Translations under genes and position numbers: made by a program
Notes under the pieces: model-generated
Database searches by the model: none
What the model saw: only the letters and a program-made list of their open reading frames with translations
Told to the model about the DNA's origin: nothing
IMG/VR virus record: IMGVR_UViG_3300003465_000003
Coordinates: 1 to 64,000 of that record
DNA: 64,000 nucleotides
Strand: one strand, 5' to 3'
Origin: a virus
Shown here: piece by piece, positions 48,358 to 57,546 of the stretch
How the letters are laid out: each line of letters starts with the position of its first letter
Numbering within the stretch: the first letter of the stretch is position 1

Positions 48358-48358
48358 A

Positions 48359-48547
48359 TTATGCCCTCAACTCTTGCTCTAATCTAGCCACTTTTGCTAA
48401 AAGTGTGTTGATCATCGCATTCATTACTTTGTTCTCACTAACGTAGACTCTAAGGCTAGCTTCTACCTCTTTATTCCTGGCCCTCTCCTGCATATACAGA
48501 CTCTTGTAATAATCAACTTCTCTAATGTCGGTTCCAATATTGGCCAT
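48359..48547 (-). CDS. coiled-coil hypothetical protein flanked by 19-bp direct repeats
   Basis: GCCATATTATGCCCTCAAC at 48353-48371 and 48543-48561. Confidence 0.6.
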   Translation of the reverse strand: MANIGTDIREVDYYKSLYMQERARNKEVEASLRVYVSENKVMNAMINTLLAKVARLEQELRA

Positions 48548-48548
48548 A

Positions 48549-49178
48549 TTATGCCCTCAACGTCACATTAACCGGATGCCCAACCGGTTCATTCACTTCG
48601 TTCACATACGCTACATTATAAAACCTTGTATCGCCACTATCATATATTCCACGCGCTTCGTGTATATGCCCGCATACAAAGTTATCTGGTTTAATTACTT
48701 TCACTTTGTAAAGTGATTCCCGTGAACCCACGTTTTGGCCACTAATAACTTTGTCAAGAATACCCATCACAGGACCATGACTAAGCAGAATATCTAATCC
48801 TGCTGGGATAAGATCAAAGATGTCTCTCAATGCTGCCTCTGGCCGCATGAACGCCCAGGCTCCAAACGTTGGAGTCCATGGAGTGCCGTAAATCCTTACA
48901 CCCTCGATATTAACAGCCGCATCCTGCAAGTACGTCCAAGGCAAATCCAGGTGCTTCTCCTTAAGGATAAAGTCATGATTGCCTGCTATGCCTACTATGT
49001 GCCTAGCATCAATGCTTTCCAACCACTCCTTGAATGGTCCCAGCATGAACCGCTCTTGCTGATCAAGGTTTATCTTGTCGTTATAATCCCCACCAAGAAG
49101 CAGTAGGTCACACTTGGGGATCTCTGGCAAGTGACCATGTAAGTCACTAATTGCGAGAACATTCATCATTGGTCCCAA
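48549..49178 (-). CDS. metallophosphoesterase (MPPED-like)
   Basis: ISDLHG; GGD; AGNHD; YGTPW.P; DILLSHGP; CGHIHE. Confidence 0.9.
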   Translation of the reverse strand: MGPMMNVLAISDLHGHLPEIPKCDLLLLGGDYNDKINLDQQERFMLGPFKEWLESIDARHIVGIAGNHDFILKEKHLDLPWTYLQDAAVNIEGVRIYGTPWTPTFGAWAFMRPEAALRDIFDLIPAGLDILLSHGPVMGILDKVISGQNVGSRESLYKVKVIKPDNFVCGHIHEARGIYDSGDTRFYNVAYVNEVNEPVGHPVNVTLRA

Positions 49179-49338
49179 TCCCCCATTATAGGTCTATCAT
49201 ATTGTATATACCGTTCCATCCGCCAATCATCTTGCTTATAAGGGATGCCTAATCGCTTGGCGATTCTCTTTGCCTGTTCGCGGGTCTTGCCTCGCTTAAT
49301 CTGCCTTAGTCCCCTATTGTTATGATGCCTGCGGGTCT

Positions 49339-50184
49339 TCATGTTGTTGCACCTTCTGGAACTAGCCTACCGTTTTCTAACTTGTAACGTAGGTCCCTAG
49401 CCTTCCATTGCTGTAAATAAACATTGACCATCCAGCTTTCCACTTTTTCTGTATTAGGTTCGTCTGGAAGAGGAGAAGTTTCCAACAGATCCTTAAGTTC
49501 TTGATCAAGCTCCCCTGCTTTAGTGAGGCATTCCTGCAGTGTAGCTTTACCAGTCCTCACACCCAACAACCAACTACGTTCTGGTTCCTGCATTGGGCAA
49601 GACACTCTGCCAGTCTTCAATAGCTCTACACCCTGGAACCCAAGCCTAAGCATATGCATGGCATACTTAGTATCAAACCCATACTTTTCTACAAGCTCTG
49701 GCCTATTTATGTCCCGCTGCCCACGTTCGCCCAATAGTCTCTGCCGTTGTGCCTGACAATAACCAAGGAAAGCACGTCCAGCCTTCTTACTGATAATGTC
49801 TGGAGCCAGCTCCATTAGCCCAAAACCCAACGCATTAGACACCACAATTTTATCGCGCGGGGCAAACAATAGATTCAGGATTGTAGGATTACCACCTAAT
49901 GCCAGCCTGAGGTACTTCCTTAAACTATAGATAACGAGATCTAAATCCCCAGCACTGTTACGCGCATTATGTTTTTGTTCCCGTTCCGCCGCAGTCCGAT
50001 ACACAACCTGCTCAAACTGTGAGAGCCCAACCACATGCTGAATATCTTCTACACAGACTCCCATCTCATCACGGTCCTCCATCCCATCCTGCACATTTAA
50101 CCCGTGCAGTGTAGAACCTACGACCACTCTAAGAATTGTTGTCCGCTCCGCCATTTGTTGTAGATTTTGCATTTCCGTTCCCAA
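49339..50184 (-). CDS. Pol-beta-superfamily nucleotidyltransferase (YcgL/RlaP-like)
   Basis: VGS.LHGL....DRDEMG; GNP; G.DTKYAMH..RL. Confidence 0.85.
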   Translation of the reverse strand: MGTEMQNLQQMAERTTILRVVVGSTLHGLNVQDGMEDRDEMGVCVEDIQHVVGLSQFEQVVYRTAAEREQKHNARNSAGDLDLVIYSLRKYLRLALGGNPTILNLLFAPRDKIVVSNALGFGLMELAPDIISKKAGRAFLGYCQAQRQRLLGERGQRDINRPELVEKYGFDTKYAMHMLRLGFQGVELLKTGRVSCPMQEPERSWLLGVRTGKATLQECLTKAGELDQELKDLLETSPLPDEPNTEKVESWMVNVYLQQWKARDLRYKLENGRLVPEGATT

Positions 50185-50339
50185 GTCTTATATGACCATA
50201 CATGTCACATTTGTAGTCCCAACCGCCACAGACTGGACATATTCCAGCTCTGCGTTCTTTACATGAATGTCCCGGATGCCACATCAAACACTTCTTCCCT
50301 TGACAAACGCAACACCTACAGAATGGTTCCGGTATACAC

Positions 50340-50684
50340 TTACCACTCCAATTTGTAGAGTCCATCGGCATCTCTCCACTCTACATGCAACTCCCATTTA
50401 TCTATGAGCTTTTGGCACTCGGCACAGGGCCTAGACTTTATAATCTTTCCATTCCTGCGCCTGGCACTAGCCACGTAAATCGTAGCACCCAATAACCGCT
50501 TCTTGTTCGCTCGCTGAATGGCGTGGGCCTCGGCATGTATACCGTAGCCGGTAGGTCCCGGCCCATTCCACCCCCACGAGAATATTCCTTCTCCATCATC
50601 TATAGCAGCACCAACCTGAACGGCACACTGTGACCTACCCAATATGTCAGCCGCCAGTTGGTATCCGTCCATTGGTTTCTTCAT
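50340..50684 (-). CDS. cytidine/dCMP deaminase-like protein
   Basis: RS.C..QVGA; GWNG; HAE; PCAEC. Confidence 0.85.
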   Translation of the reverse strand: MKKPMDGYQLAADILGRSQCAVQVGAAIDDGEGIFSWGWNGPGPTGYGIHAEAHAIQRANKKRLLGATIYVASARRRNGKIIKSRPCAECQKLIDKWELHVEWRDADGLYKLEW

Positions 50685-50824
50685 CGTTGTTCCTTATGTT
50701 TCTTACTTGGCATTATTAATAATATCACGAATAAAACCATTAGAATCAGCAAAAACGTCATCCACTCTCCCGGCTCCGCCCCGCTCCGAGGCTTTATCAC
50801 TATATTTAATAAGACGTTATAATA

Positions 50825-51043
50825 TTATATTTTGGGCTCAGTAGTAGATCCTCTAAATCTGTTGGCCGTCTTCTTAAAGTAATTCATTGCTGAATGCAGA
50901 CCGGCAGATGCAGCCATCATCTCATGTCCAGCAAACATTGGGCACTCCTTGTTATTAGCAGCAGTTCGTATTTCAGTAATCAGCCCATTAATCCTGGCTA
51001 CATAACCCTCACAAATCGCTGCGACTTCCTTGTTATTAAACAT
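50825..51043 (-). CDS. hypothetical protein
   Basis: GGAG RBS; 72 aa. Confidence 0.5.
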   Translation of the reverse strand: MFNNKEVAAICEGYVARINGLITEIRTAANNKECPMFAGHEMMAASAGLHSAMNYFKKTANRFRGSTTEPKI

Positions 51044-51048
51044 TTGAT

Positions 51049-51327
51049 TTACTCCGCATCAAGATCCGGAATGGCATCGGCATCCAGTTCAACTTCATTC
51101 GCTACGCGCTCACGTTCTCTTCGCCTAGCAATATCCAATTGCACAATAGCCATTGACATCTCCGCGTTAACCCCAGAAGTAATAATAGTCATTACATTCC
51201 TAGGCGAAAACCCTCTATTAAACAAGGGTCTCAATAATCTGGCTACCTCACCAGCCATAGTTATACCGTTACCGTTATAATGTCCAGTTTCCGTAAACAG
51301 TGGTCTAAACATTGGACTCCCTTTCAA
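51049..51327 (-). CDS. hypothetical protein
   Basis: ORF in the operon; the later ATG (MFRPLF) is the probable start. Confidence 0.5.
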   Translation of the reverse strand: MKGSPMFRPLFTETGHYNGNGITMAGEVARLLRPLFNRGFSPRNVMTIITSGVNAEMSMAIVQLDIARRRERERVANEVELDADAIPDLDAE

Positions 51328-52267
51328 ACTGCGCCCGCAATAAGTAATCCTTATACCACTCTGCTACCCCACGTGTAATCTGTCTACTAATATGGGGCCA
51401 CGCATACTTAAACAGTACGTTCTTAATATCTTCCTCACACTCTTTAAGCACGTCCTGCGGGATCTCTCGCACCAATAATCCAATATCCTTCGGGTGGTCC
51501 TCAATTAATCCACGTTCCCGCAGATGCATGAGCGCTTTCTGCCAACGTGCTTGAGTCCCATACGCGTCTCCAAGCTTCTGGATAACATCTTTATTGCCTG
51601 GATTCGCATCCTTCCACGCGCTGCGATGAACCTCCTTAAACGCTTCACTTACGAACTTCCCGAACAACATCTTCTTGTCTGGTCCATAAAGTGGTGTCAG
51701 AGGCTTAATCACAACCCCTTCGATCTTCTGCCCTCCCAGTACGGACTCAGTATCCAGGAACTTCCTCAGTTCCTCGGCAGAGTTCACAGTCCCTTGATAG
51801 AGCTGAGGCACGACCTCAAGTTCTATACGCTCAGCTTCCGCTACAAGCTGGTCGTAGGGCAGATAGGTTTCCTGATCAGTCAAGATATCGAAGAGGATGA
51901 CGTTATCCTTTGGCACGCGGTCATAGGCCAGTGCATTATGCTTTGGTTTCGCTAGCACTTCTCCACGGTATTGCCAGCCTGGTTTCAGCAAATGCTGCCT
52001 AGCTTTAGCAGCAGCAACAGCAGATCTGAATAGCGCTTCAGGTGCATCTGCTATCATTACCGCACCCTTGCTGCGGACCTTAAGTTCATAGACTCCGGGA
52101 ACTTCCTTGAGCAGCCCACCCTCAGGTTCCAACAATGGGTACAGCCCAAACGCAAAGAAGCTCCCATCAACCTTCTCTTGTACCTGAACAGGGACGGTAA
52201 ACAATTCGCTAACCGCCCTGTGCCCAAGGTTGAAAATTGATTGAGGGCTGCAAAATGTAGTTGACAC
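51305..52267 (-). CDS. ATP-dependent RNA ligase (Rnl2-like)
   Basis: Motif I EKVDGS; YRGE; LFDI; EGVVIK; K.VS..FKE; GGAGG + GTG start at 52267. Confidence 0.8.
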   Translation of the reverse strand: MSTTFCSPQSIFNLGHRAVSELFTVPVQVQEKVDGSFFAFGLYPLLEPEGGLLKEVPGVYELKVRSKGAVMIADAPEALFRSAVAAAKARQHLLKPGWQYRGEVLAKPKHNALAYDRVPKDNVILFDILTDQETYLPYDQLVAEAERIELEVVPQLYQGTVNSAEELRKFLDTESVLGGQKIEGVVIKPLTPLYGPDKKMLFGKFVSEAFKEVHRSAWKDANPGNKDVIQKLGDAYGTQARWQKALMHLRERGLIEDHPKDIGLLVREIPQDVLKECEEDIKNVLFKYAWPHISRQITRGVAEWYKDYLLRAQFERESNV

Positions 52268-52290
52268 AAACCACCTCCCTGTGGTATAAT
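52261..52290 (+). promoter_or_regulatory. consensus sigma70 promoter of the antisense HNH gene
   Basis: TTGACA-18 nt-TATAAT with extended TG; ATG 8 nt downstream, no RBS. Confidence 0.8.
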
Positions 52291-52298
52291 GGGACATT

Positions 52299-52808
52299 AT
52301 GAAAACTAAGTACACTAAAGAACAACTGCAACCAATAATTGCAGACTCTGTATGTTGGAATGATGTATGTAGAAAGCTAAATCTCAGCCCCAATGGTGGG
52401 AGTATAAAAAGCTTTCTTCGCCGAATAGCTGACCATTTTTCTATATCCTACACTCACTTTTTAGGCAAAAGAAAGAATAAGTTATTGCGCACTACAGCAG
52501 TCCAAGCTCTTAGATGTAATTCAGGTTATAATCGTTCTACTATACGCAAAATAGTAGTGGAGGACGAACTGCTTCCATACAATTGTATTATATGTGGACA
52601 ACCCCCAATGTGGAATGGCAAGCCATTGACACTAATTCTAGACCACATAAATGGTAACTGTAGAGATCATGAGCTTAAAAACCTAAGGTTTGTGTGTCCA
52701 AATTGCGACACACAGTTACCAACTTATGCAGGTAAAAATTGTAAAGGTATCCCAAAGACGTTAACGACACCCAAGAAACCTAAAAGGGTAAACAAATTCC
52801 ACACGTAA
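52299..52808 (+). mobile_element. free-standing HNH homing endonuclease, antisense to the operon
   Basis: C..CG....WNGKPL.L.LDHING...D....NLR..CPNC. Confidence 0.9.
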
Positions 52809-52836
52809 TAATCTGTGGAGAATGCCATGAATTCAT
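52780..52836 (-). pseudogene. stranded 5' remnant of the RNA ligase gene
   Basis: AGGA RBS + MNSWHSPQI..., which repeats the SPQ(S)I of the ligase N-terminus across the HNH gene. Confidence 0.5.
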
Positions 52837-52845
52837 ATTTGTTTC

Positions 52846-53055
52846 CTAATCTGGCAAGGCCAAAACTTCTTTTATTGTAAGCAGCTTAATATTGCTACGA
52901 CGTGGTAACTGCGGAGTTGCCGCCTTGCCTGTTGTCATCTTTTCTATAACTCGTCGTAAAGACCCCTTAAGATCGTATACTTCGTAGTGTACGCCCATTA
53001 ATCCGCACAATTGTTCCACTTCATGAAATGGTGGACCCTCGGAATCCTTATTCAT
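52846..53055 (-). CDS. hypothetical protein
   Basis: GGAG RBS. Confidence 0.5.
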   Translation of the reverse strand: MNKDSEGPPFHEVEQLCGLMGVHYEVYDLKGSLRRVIEKMTTGKAATPQLPRRSNIKLLTIKEVLALPD

Positions 53056-53409
53056 TTTACTGCTCCAACTTTATCCGATTCGGTTTCCTGCGTTTGTCAT
53101 AACCCACGTAACTAATGATATACCCTGGTGCTTCGCTCGTAGGTTCTGCATAACTCCACACCTCAGCATTAGCTGCTTCTGGATGCGCCTGCTTAATCTT
53201 ACGCAGTAGTCGCAATAGTTCTTTCAATACCATTATAGTTCATCCACACTATATGTATCATAGTCCCGACCAGGGGTACTAATATTTGCAATTGCTTCGT
53301 CTAAGCGCTCCTGCCGATAATCAATATCTTCTAACTTACTTTCCAACCTTGCCAATGTTTCAATAATGAGGTTGAGCTTCTCAACCACTGTAGCTAGTTC
53401 GTCCTTCAT

Positions 53410-53733
53410 TTAATACCCCGACTTGTAATCGACTGCCTTATTCTTCATTGCTGTTGTTATTTCTACTGCGCCTCTTACGGATAGCCTAGTTGCGTAGTAG
53501 AAGTCGTTATAACTCATAATCTTTACTGTTTCGCCGCCCTCATAATTTACCTGCCTCAACGGATAATTAGCTCCTTTAATATGCAAAGTGGATGTGGTTG
53601 CCTTTAACCGACCGCGTACACTTCTAATCTCTACTTTGCCATCATTCAACATGATCGCAAAGTAACGCAGCTTTTTCTGAGCGGGGTTGTCAGTTTTCCG
53701 CTCAACATATTTATCCTTTACCAAGTAATGCAT
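53410..53733 (-). CDS. hypothetical protein
   Basis: AGGAG RBS. Confidence 0.6.
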   Translation of the reverse strand: MHYLVKDKYVERKTDNPAQKKLRYFAIMLNDGKVEIRSVRGRLKATTSTLHIKGANYPLRQVNYEGGETVKIMSYNDFYYATRLSVRGAVEITTAMKNKAVDYKSGY

Positions 53734-53741
53734 GGCTACTC

Positions 53742-54275
53742 CTACTTGCTTACTATCTGCCAGCTCACATCCACAGGGACAATAAAATCCTTCAAGAAAA
53801 GTTTAGTAGCCTGCAGCAACTTATTGGATACCTTATGCAAATGCTCTTCGCCAAAGGCACCAAAAACCCCAAACTTAACACCCTCAGGTTTGCTGATACC
53901 GACCAAACGTAGAAATGATAGGTTGGAAATAAGCTTCATTTCTGATAATCCCATGTCACTACGTACCTTACGTTGGATCTGTAGGTCAGAACCAGGATAA
54001 TCCAATGAATAATCGTAGCCTCGCACTCCAAGTGATTCACCACTTACCTTGTACATATGCAGAGGTCCATTGGACAATGGGTACCACCTGCTATCATATA
54101 GCGCTGGATCATCATTAGCTACGTCCCTACTTGCGTTGCGCATGAACTCTTCTACACTAGGGTCTGCCACAACATGCACGATACAACCCACGACATTCCG
54201 CAACGGACCCCGAATTGGACCCCTGCTTATCGACAATGAAACCCACTTGGTTGGTGTAATCTGCGTATCCATCAT
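53742..54275 (-). CDS. hypothetical protein
   Basis: AAGGA RBS; 177 aa. Confidence 0.65.
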   Translation of the reverse strand: MMDTQITPTKWVSLSISRGPIRGPLRNVVGCIVHVVADPSVEEFMRNASRDVANDDPALYDSRWYPLSNGPLHMYKVSGESLGVRGYDYSLDYPGSDLQIQRKVRSDMGLSEMKLISNLSFLRLVGISKPEGVKFGVFGAFGEEHLHKVSNKLLQATKLFLKDFIVPVDVSWQIVSK

Positions 54276-54281
54276 ATATCC

Positions 54282-54854
54282 TTACAAAATGAAGCAATCA
54301 ATACGTTCATCCCCATTGCGCAGGAACGTTACCGCATATTTATACAGCCGTTTACGAGGTTCCTTATTATCTGGAACTACTGGTTGAATAGGCGCGTTGC
54401 CAACATTAGCTCTAAACTCTACCACGGCCGGTACAACTAGTTGGCGTTCAACTCGCCGTTCAACTCTAAGCCCGCCATCCGGACCTCTTACAATAACGTC
54501 TTGCATTCCGAGCCACCGGCCAGCCATCATTTGTTGGTTGTCGGCCAGCGGAGCATTGTTGTTAAGCGGATCGGGCAATAACCGATCCGGTACTGGTTCG
54601 TCACCTGGATAATCAATCTTATGCGATTTGCCCCACATCTTTTCTAACACTTCTAGCAAAGTGGTAGGGTCCCCGCCATTATCTTCTCTATAGTTTAACC
54701 CATTAAGTGGGAGAAACCATAGATCCAGATCTTTATTGCTCATGCCCTTATTGACTACCCCACCACCTATCGTTACATGGTAGCCAAATTTCTTGGCTAC
54801 AGGTTGAATAGCCCTAAGGGTCATGATACCTTCATCTATATACCATGTCTTCAT
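54282..54854 (-). CDS. putative minimal nucleotidyltransferase (Pol-beta fold)
   Basis: V.IGGGV......KDLDL and C-terminal RIDCFI. Confidence 0.6.
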   Translation of the reverse strand: MKTWYIDEGIMTLRAIQPVAKKFGYHVTIGGGVVNKGMSNKDLDLWFLPLNGLNYREDNGGDPTTLLEVLEKMWGKSHKIDYPGDEPVPDRLLPDPLNNNAPLADNQQMMAGRWLGMQDVIVRGPDGGLRVERRVERQLVVPAVVEFRANVGNAPIQPVVPDNKEPRKRLYKYAVTFLRNGDERIDCFIL

Positions 54855-55297
54855 TAGACCCTCTGTTTATAATGTTCAGGTATGTTTGCAACCCACCACT
54901 GCTCCAGCGCAGTTTGGTCTGGACTCCATACCCATATCTGTGCCGTGGTCCTTGGATGTTGCTTCATATTGAACTTCGGCCCTAATGTTACCAGTTCTCC
55001 TAACTTGTTGTCAAGTATAAATTGTGCAAATTCTGTCCCATATTTCAACCAGTGCGCTTTGCTGTGGTGGCTTCCATTTGGGTGGTCATGCGGTACCTCT
55101 GGCCCACATGAAAATACGTAGAAATTAGCTAGCTTACCCATCTTGCCCACTTCCAGATTAGGCCGGAACTTATTGATAGTTCCCAGTTGTAGGCAGCAAA
55201 ACGTGACCATAGCAGCATTGGCATTAGTGTGATTTAGGGCTAGGTCCTTAATTCCCATAATAGCACAAGACCCAGCCACATAGTCCTGGATTTCCAT
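54854..55297 (-). CDS. hypothetical protein, paralog of 55307..55708
   Basis: SCAI..I.DL; FS; Y...A..I..N.LG; HP...I..W.P. Confidence 0.65.
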   Translation of the reverse strand: MEIQDYVAGSCAIMGIKDLALNHTNANAAMVTFCCLQLGTINKFRPNLEVGKMGKLANFYVFSCGPEVPHDHPNGSHHSKAHWLKYGTEFAQFILDNKLGELVTLGPKFNMKQHPRTTAQIWVWSPDQTALEQWWVANIPEHYKQRV

Positions 55298-55306
55298 TTA
55301 TGTCCT

Positions 55307-55708
55307 CTATTTATTCTTTTTGTACCACTCAATTAACCCCTTCGGACTTGGTGCCCAAATATAGATCCGCACCGTATGATCAGGGTGATTAACTCGATTC
55401 TTGCGTTTAACGCTTCGGGTTACAATCCCAAGGTTATTTTCGTTAATGTAGTCCGCAAGTTCCTGAGCATAACCAGTGTCCACGATATCATCATCGCCAT
55501 CTTTGTCACAATGCTCAACACCAGAAAATATGATGAATGCAGGAACTGACTCCGGTCTGATCTCTTGTCTACATCCCCATATTGATTTGGTTGGAGGACC
55601 CCAAAATTCCTCACATAACTGCTTCACAGTTTTGTGCGGTCTACCGGCGTTATCACGAAGATCTGAAATTTCTTCCATTGCGCAGCACGAGGTATTAACT
55701 AGACGCAT
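55307..55708 (-). CDS. hypothetical protein, paralog of 54854..55297
   Basis: SCCAM.EI.DL; FSG; LA.YI.EN.LG; NHP...IYIWAP. Confidence 0.65.
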   Translation of the reverse strand: MRLVNTSCCAMEEISDLRDNAGRPHKTVKQLCEEFWGPPTKSIWGCRQEIRPESVPAFIIFSGVEHCDKDGDDDIVDTGYAQELADYINENNLGIVTRSVKRKNRVNHPDHTVRIYIWAPSPKGLIEWYKKNK

Positions 55709-55785
55709 GATGAACCTTTAACATTATTCCTATAACGATTATGAAAACTAACAGATCGAATGCTAGATCGTAACCTGACACGGGG

Positions 55786-56670
55786 CTATTCGCCGCCCCG
55801 TGTCCACTTGATAATCGCGTCAGCATATGCGACAGATGTGTTATTTTCTACGCCCGGAGCGCGATTCACTTCCAACACAATGAACGAACCGTCTGTAAGC
55901 TTGCCCATGTCAACGGCACCGAAGTCCAACCCCAGCGCTTTAACTGCCTTAGCCGCAAGTTCACGCATAGGCGCGGTTGAACGGAACCCCTCATAGGCGA
56001 TGACCCAACCCGCGTCAAAGGACCGAATCCAAGGATGTGAAGGCTGCCCATTAGGAGCCTGCTGGCGCTGTCGTTTGATCCCTGCACGGATGGACTTCCC
56101 ATTGAACATGTGCAACCGATATTCCTCTACAATGTTCTCCTTCTTGGAGTAATAGTCGGGTGCGACAGGTGCGCGGAGCAAGTCGGAACCCCCGACGTGG
56201 TTGTTCCTGCGCGGAAGCCATTCGTCAACTACTGCAGGCTGCCGCTGCCACTCGGCGTAACGGCGGTTTTCCAGATCTGCAAACTCAATCAAGCGCTGTG
56301 CTTCGTCCCGCGCAGTGTTGCGAGTAATTGCCCGCAAGTCTATAACCCGCTCCTCAAATGGCGCTCTGGCCCTGGCGGCAGGCCGCGTCCGGCTAACCTG
56401 CACGGTAGTAACTCCAGCCCGCGCCAGTATCTGGGCTTCCTCAAACTTACTCACAGGTGCAACATTGTTAAGGACCTTAACTCCATTTGGCACCTGCGCC
56501 GGATACCGCTCACCCCAACAGATAACGAAGTCTCCAGCCGCAATGCGCTCCTGCATCAAACGTCCCTGACTCTTGCGAGCACGCACACCCTTCAAGAGAA
56601 TGTCCTCCGCCAACAGATTCGCTCCCTCACTAGCTGCTCGACGATAAACCCAAATCATCGCACCCTCCAA
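55786..56670 (-). CDS. ATP-grasp (RimK-like) ligase
   Basis: EYRLH.F.G; A.KAV.ALGLDFGAVD; VLEVN.APG. Confidence 0.88.
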   Translation of the reverse strand: MEGAMIWVYRRAASEGANLLAEDILLKGVRARKSQGRLMQERIAAGDFVICWGERYPAQVPNGVKVLNNVAPVSKFEEAQILARAGVTTVQVSRTRPAARARAPFEERVIDLRAITRNTARDEAQRLIEFADLENRRYAEWQRQPAVVDEWLPRRNNHVGGSDLLRAPVAPDYYSKKENIVEEYRLHMFNGKSIRAGIKRQRQQAPNGQPSHPWIRSFDAGWVIAYEGFRSTAPMRELAAKAVKALGLDFGAVDMGKLTDGSFIVLEVNRAPGVENNTSVAYADAIIKWTRGGE

Positions 56671-56882
56671 TCTCTCTGATATCCTGCACCCAATACTGCT
56701 GTACCCATTAGCTCACTGCGTCTAATTGGAAACCCATAGTAATCCGTAAGCTCGTCGTCCCAATAAGCATCTATAACTGAGGGATCAACTGCTCCTAGAT
56801 GCGCGTCACAGGGCGAACAGCCACTGGACTTCTGCCCGTCCCGAGCCTTGCCTTCACGTTCTTCAAATAGTTCTAGATCCAT
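56655..56882 (-). CDS. hypothetical protein
   Basis: AGGAG RBS; acidic 75 aa. Confidence 0.5.
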   Translation of the reverse strand: MDLELFEEREGKARDGQKSSGCSPCDAHLGAVDPSVIDAYWDDELTDYYGFPIRRSELMGTAVLGAGYQRDWRVR

Positions 56883-56883
56883 G

Positions 56884-57123
56884 CTAGGTTCTCCTTACTG
56901 CTTCTACCCAGATATAATCGAATGCATTCACGCTTGGTTTGAAGACCTCAAAGAAGAGTTTGCCGTCCTCCACCTTTACCTTGATTGCTCCCACAATGGA
57001 CTCCCCAAATTGCTCATCTTCCTGTTCCTCTCTAGTTTCAGCATCTTCTACTGAATCACATAGTTCTAGAAGAACGGAACCCGCCCCATCACTACGTAAG
57101 TAATACGGTATCTCAAACCCCGT
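56884..57123 (-). CDS. hypothetical protein with apparent ACG start (not in the ORF track)
   Basis: GAGGAG RBS + TAACG overlap; 79 sense codons fill the gap exactly. Confidence 0.5.
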   Translation of the reverse strand, partial: TGFEIPYYLRSDGAGSVLLELCDSVEDAETREEQEDEQFGESIVGAIKVKVEDGKLFFEVFKPSVNAFDYIWVEAVRRT

Positions 57124-57419
57124 TACTGCAACTCCTCGTAACCAGACGTTACGTCCTCGTTGTAAGCATGAAGCAGATCCGACATACGGATCATAGCTTC
57201 CCGCTCCCGCTTGCTAATTGTCCTTACCAAATCAGGGTCAGACATGAAATCAAGCAGCACTGTACACCTGCGGATAAGATTCACACCCTTACACAGATCT
57301 TCAAATGTCTGTGCCTGGGTTTCGTCAATATCCTCAGCATCTTCTTCTTCTTCCACTACCTCAGCTTCAACCATACGCTGGGCATGAAGCTCTTCAAGCT
57401 TCTCAACATCGACCATCAT
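57123..57419 (-). CDS. acidic hypothetical protein
   Basis: GGGAG RBS; poly-Glu tract. Confidence 0.6.
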   Translation of the reverse strand: MMVDVEKLEELHAQRMVEAEVVEEEEDAEDIDETQAQTFEDLCKGVNLIRRCTVLLDFMSDPDLVRTISKREREAMIRMSDLLHAYNEDVTSGYEELQ

Positions 57420-57546
57420 GCTTACAATCTCCCCATCAATACAAGCCCGCGCTCATTGAATGCTTTACGTGAATACGGGTTATTTGGATCATCCTCTGGG
57501 TCAGTAATTGTTACTGTGCTATTTCCAGCCTTGTAGCGCTTGCTGT

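Noticed and set aside
52268-52393. N-terminal extension of the RNA ligase given in the ORF track
   Set aside because: It is antisense to the HNH gene and its promoter; the RBS supports the GTG start at 52267.
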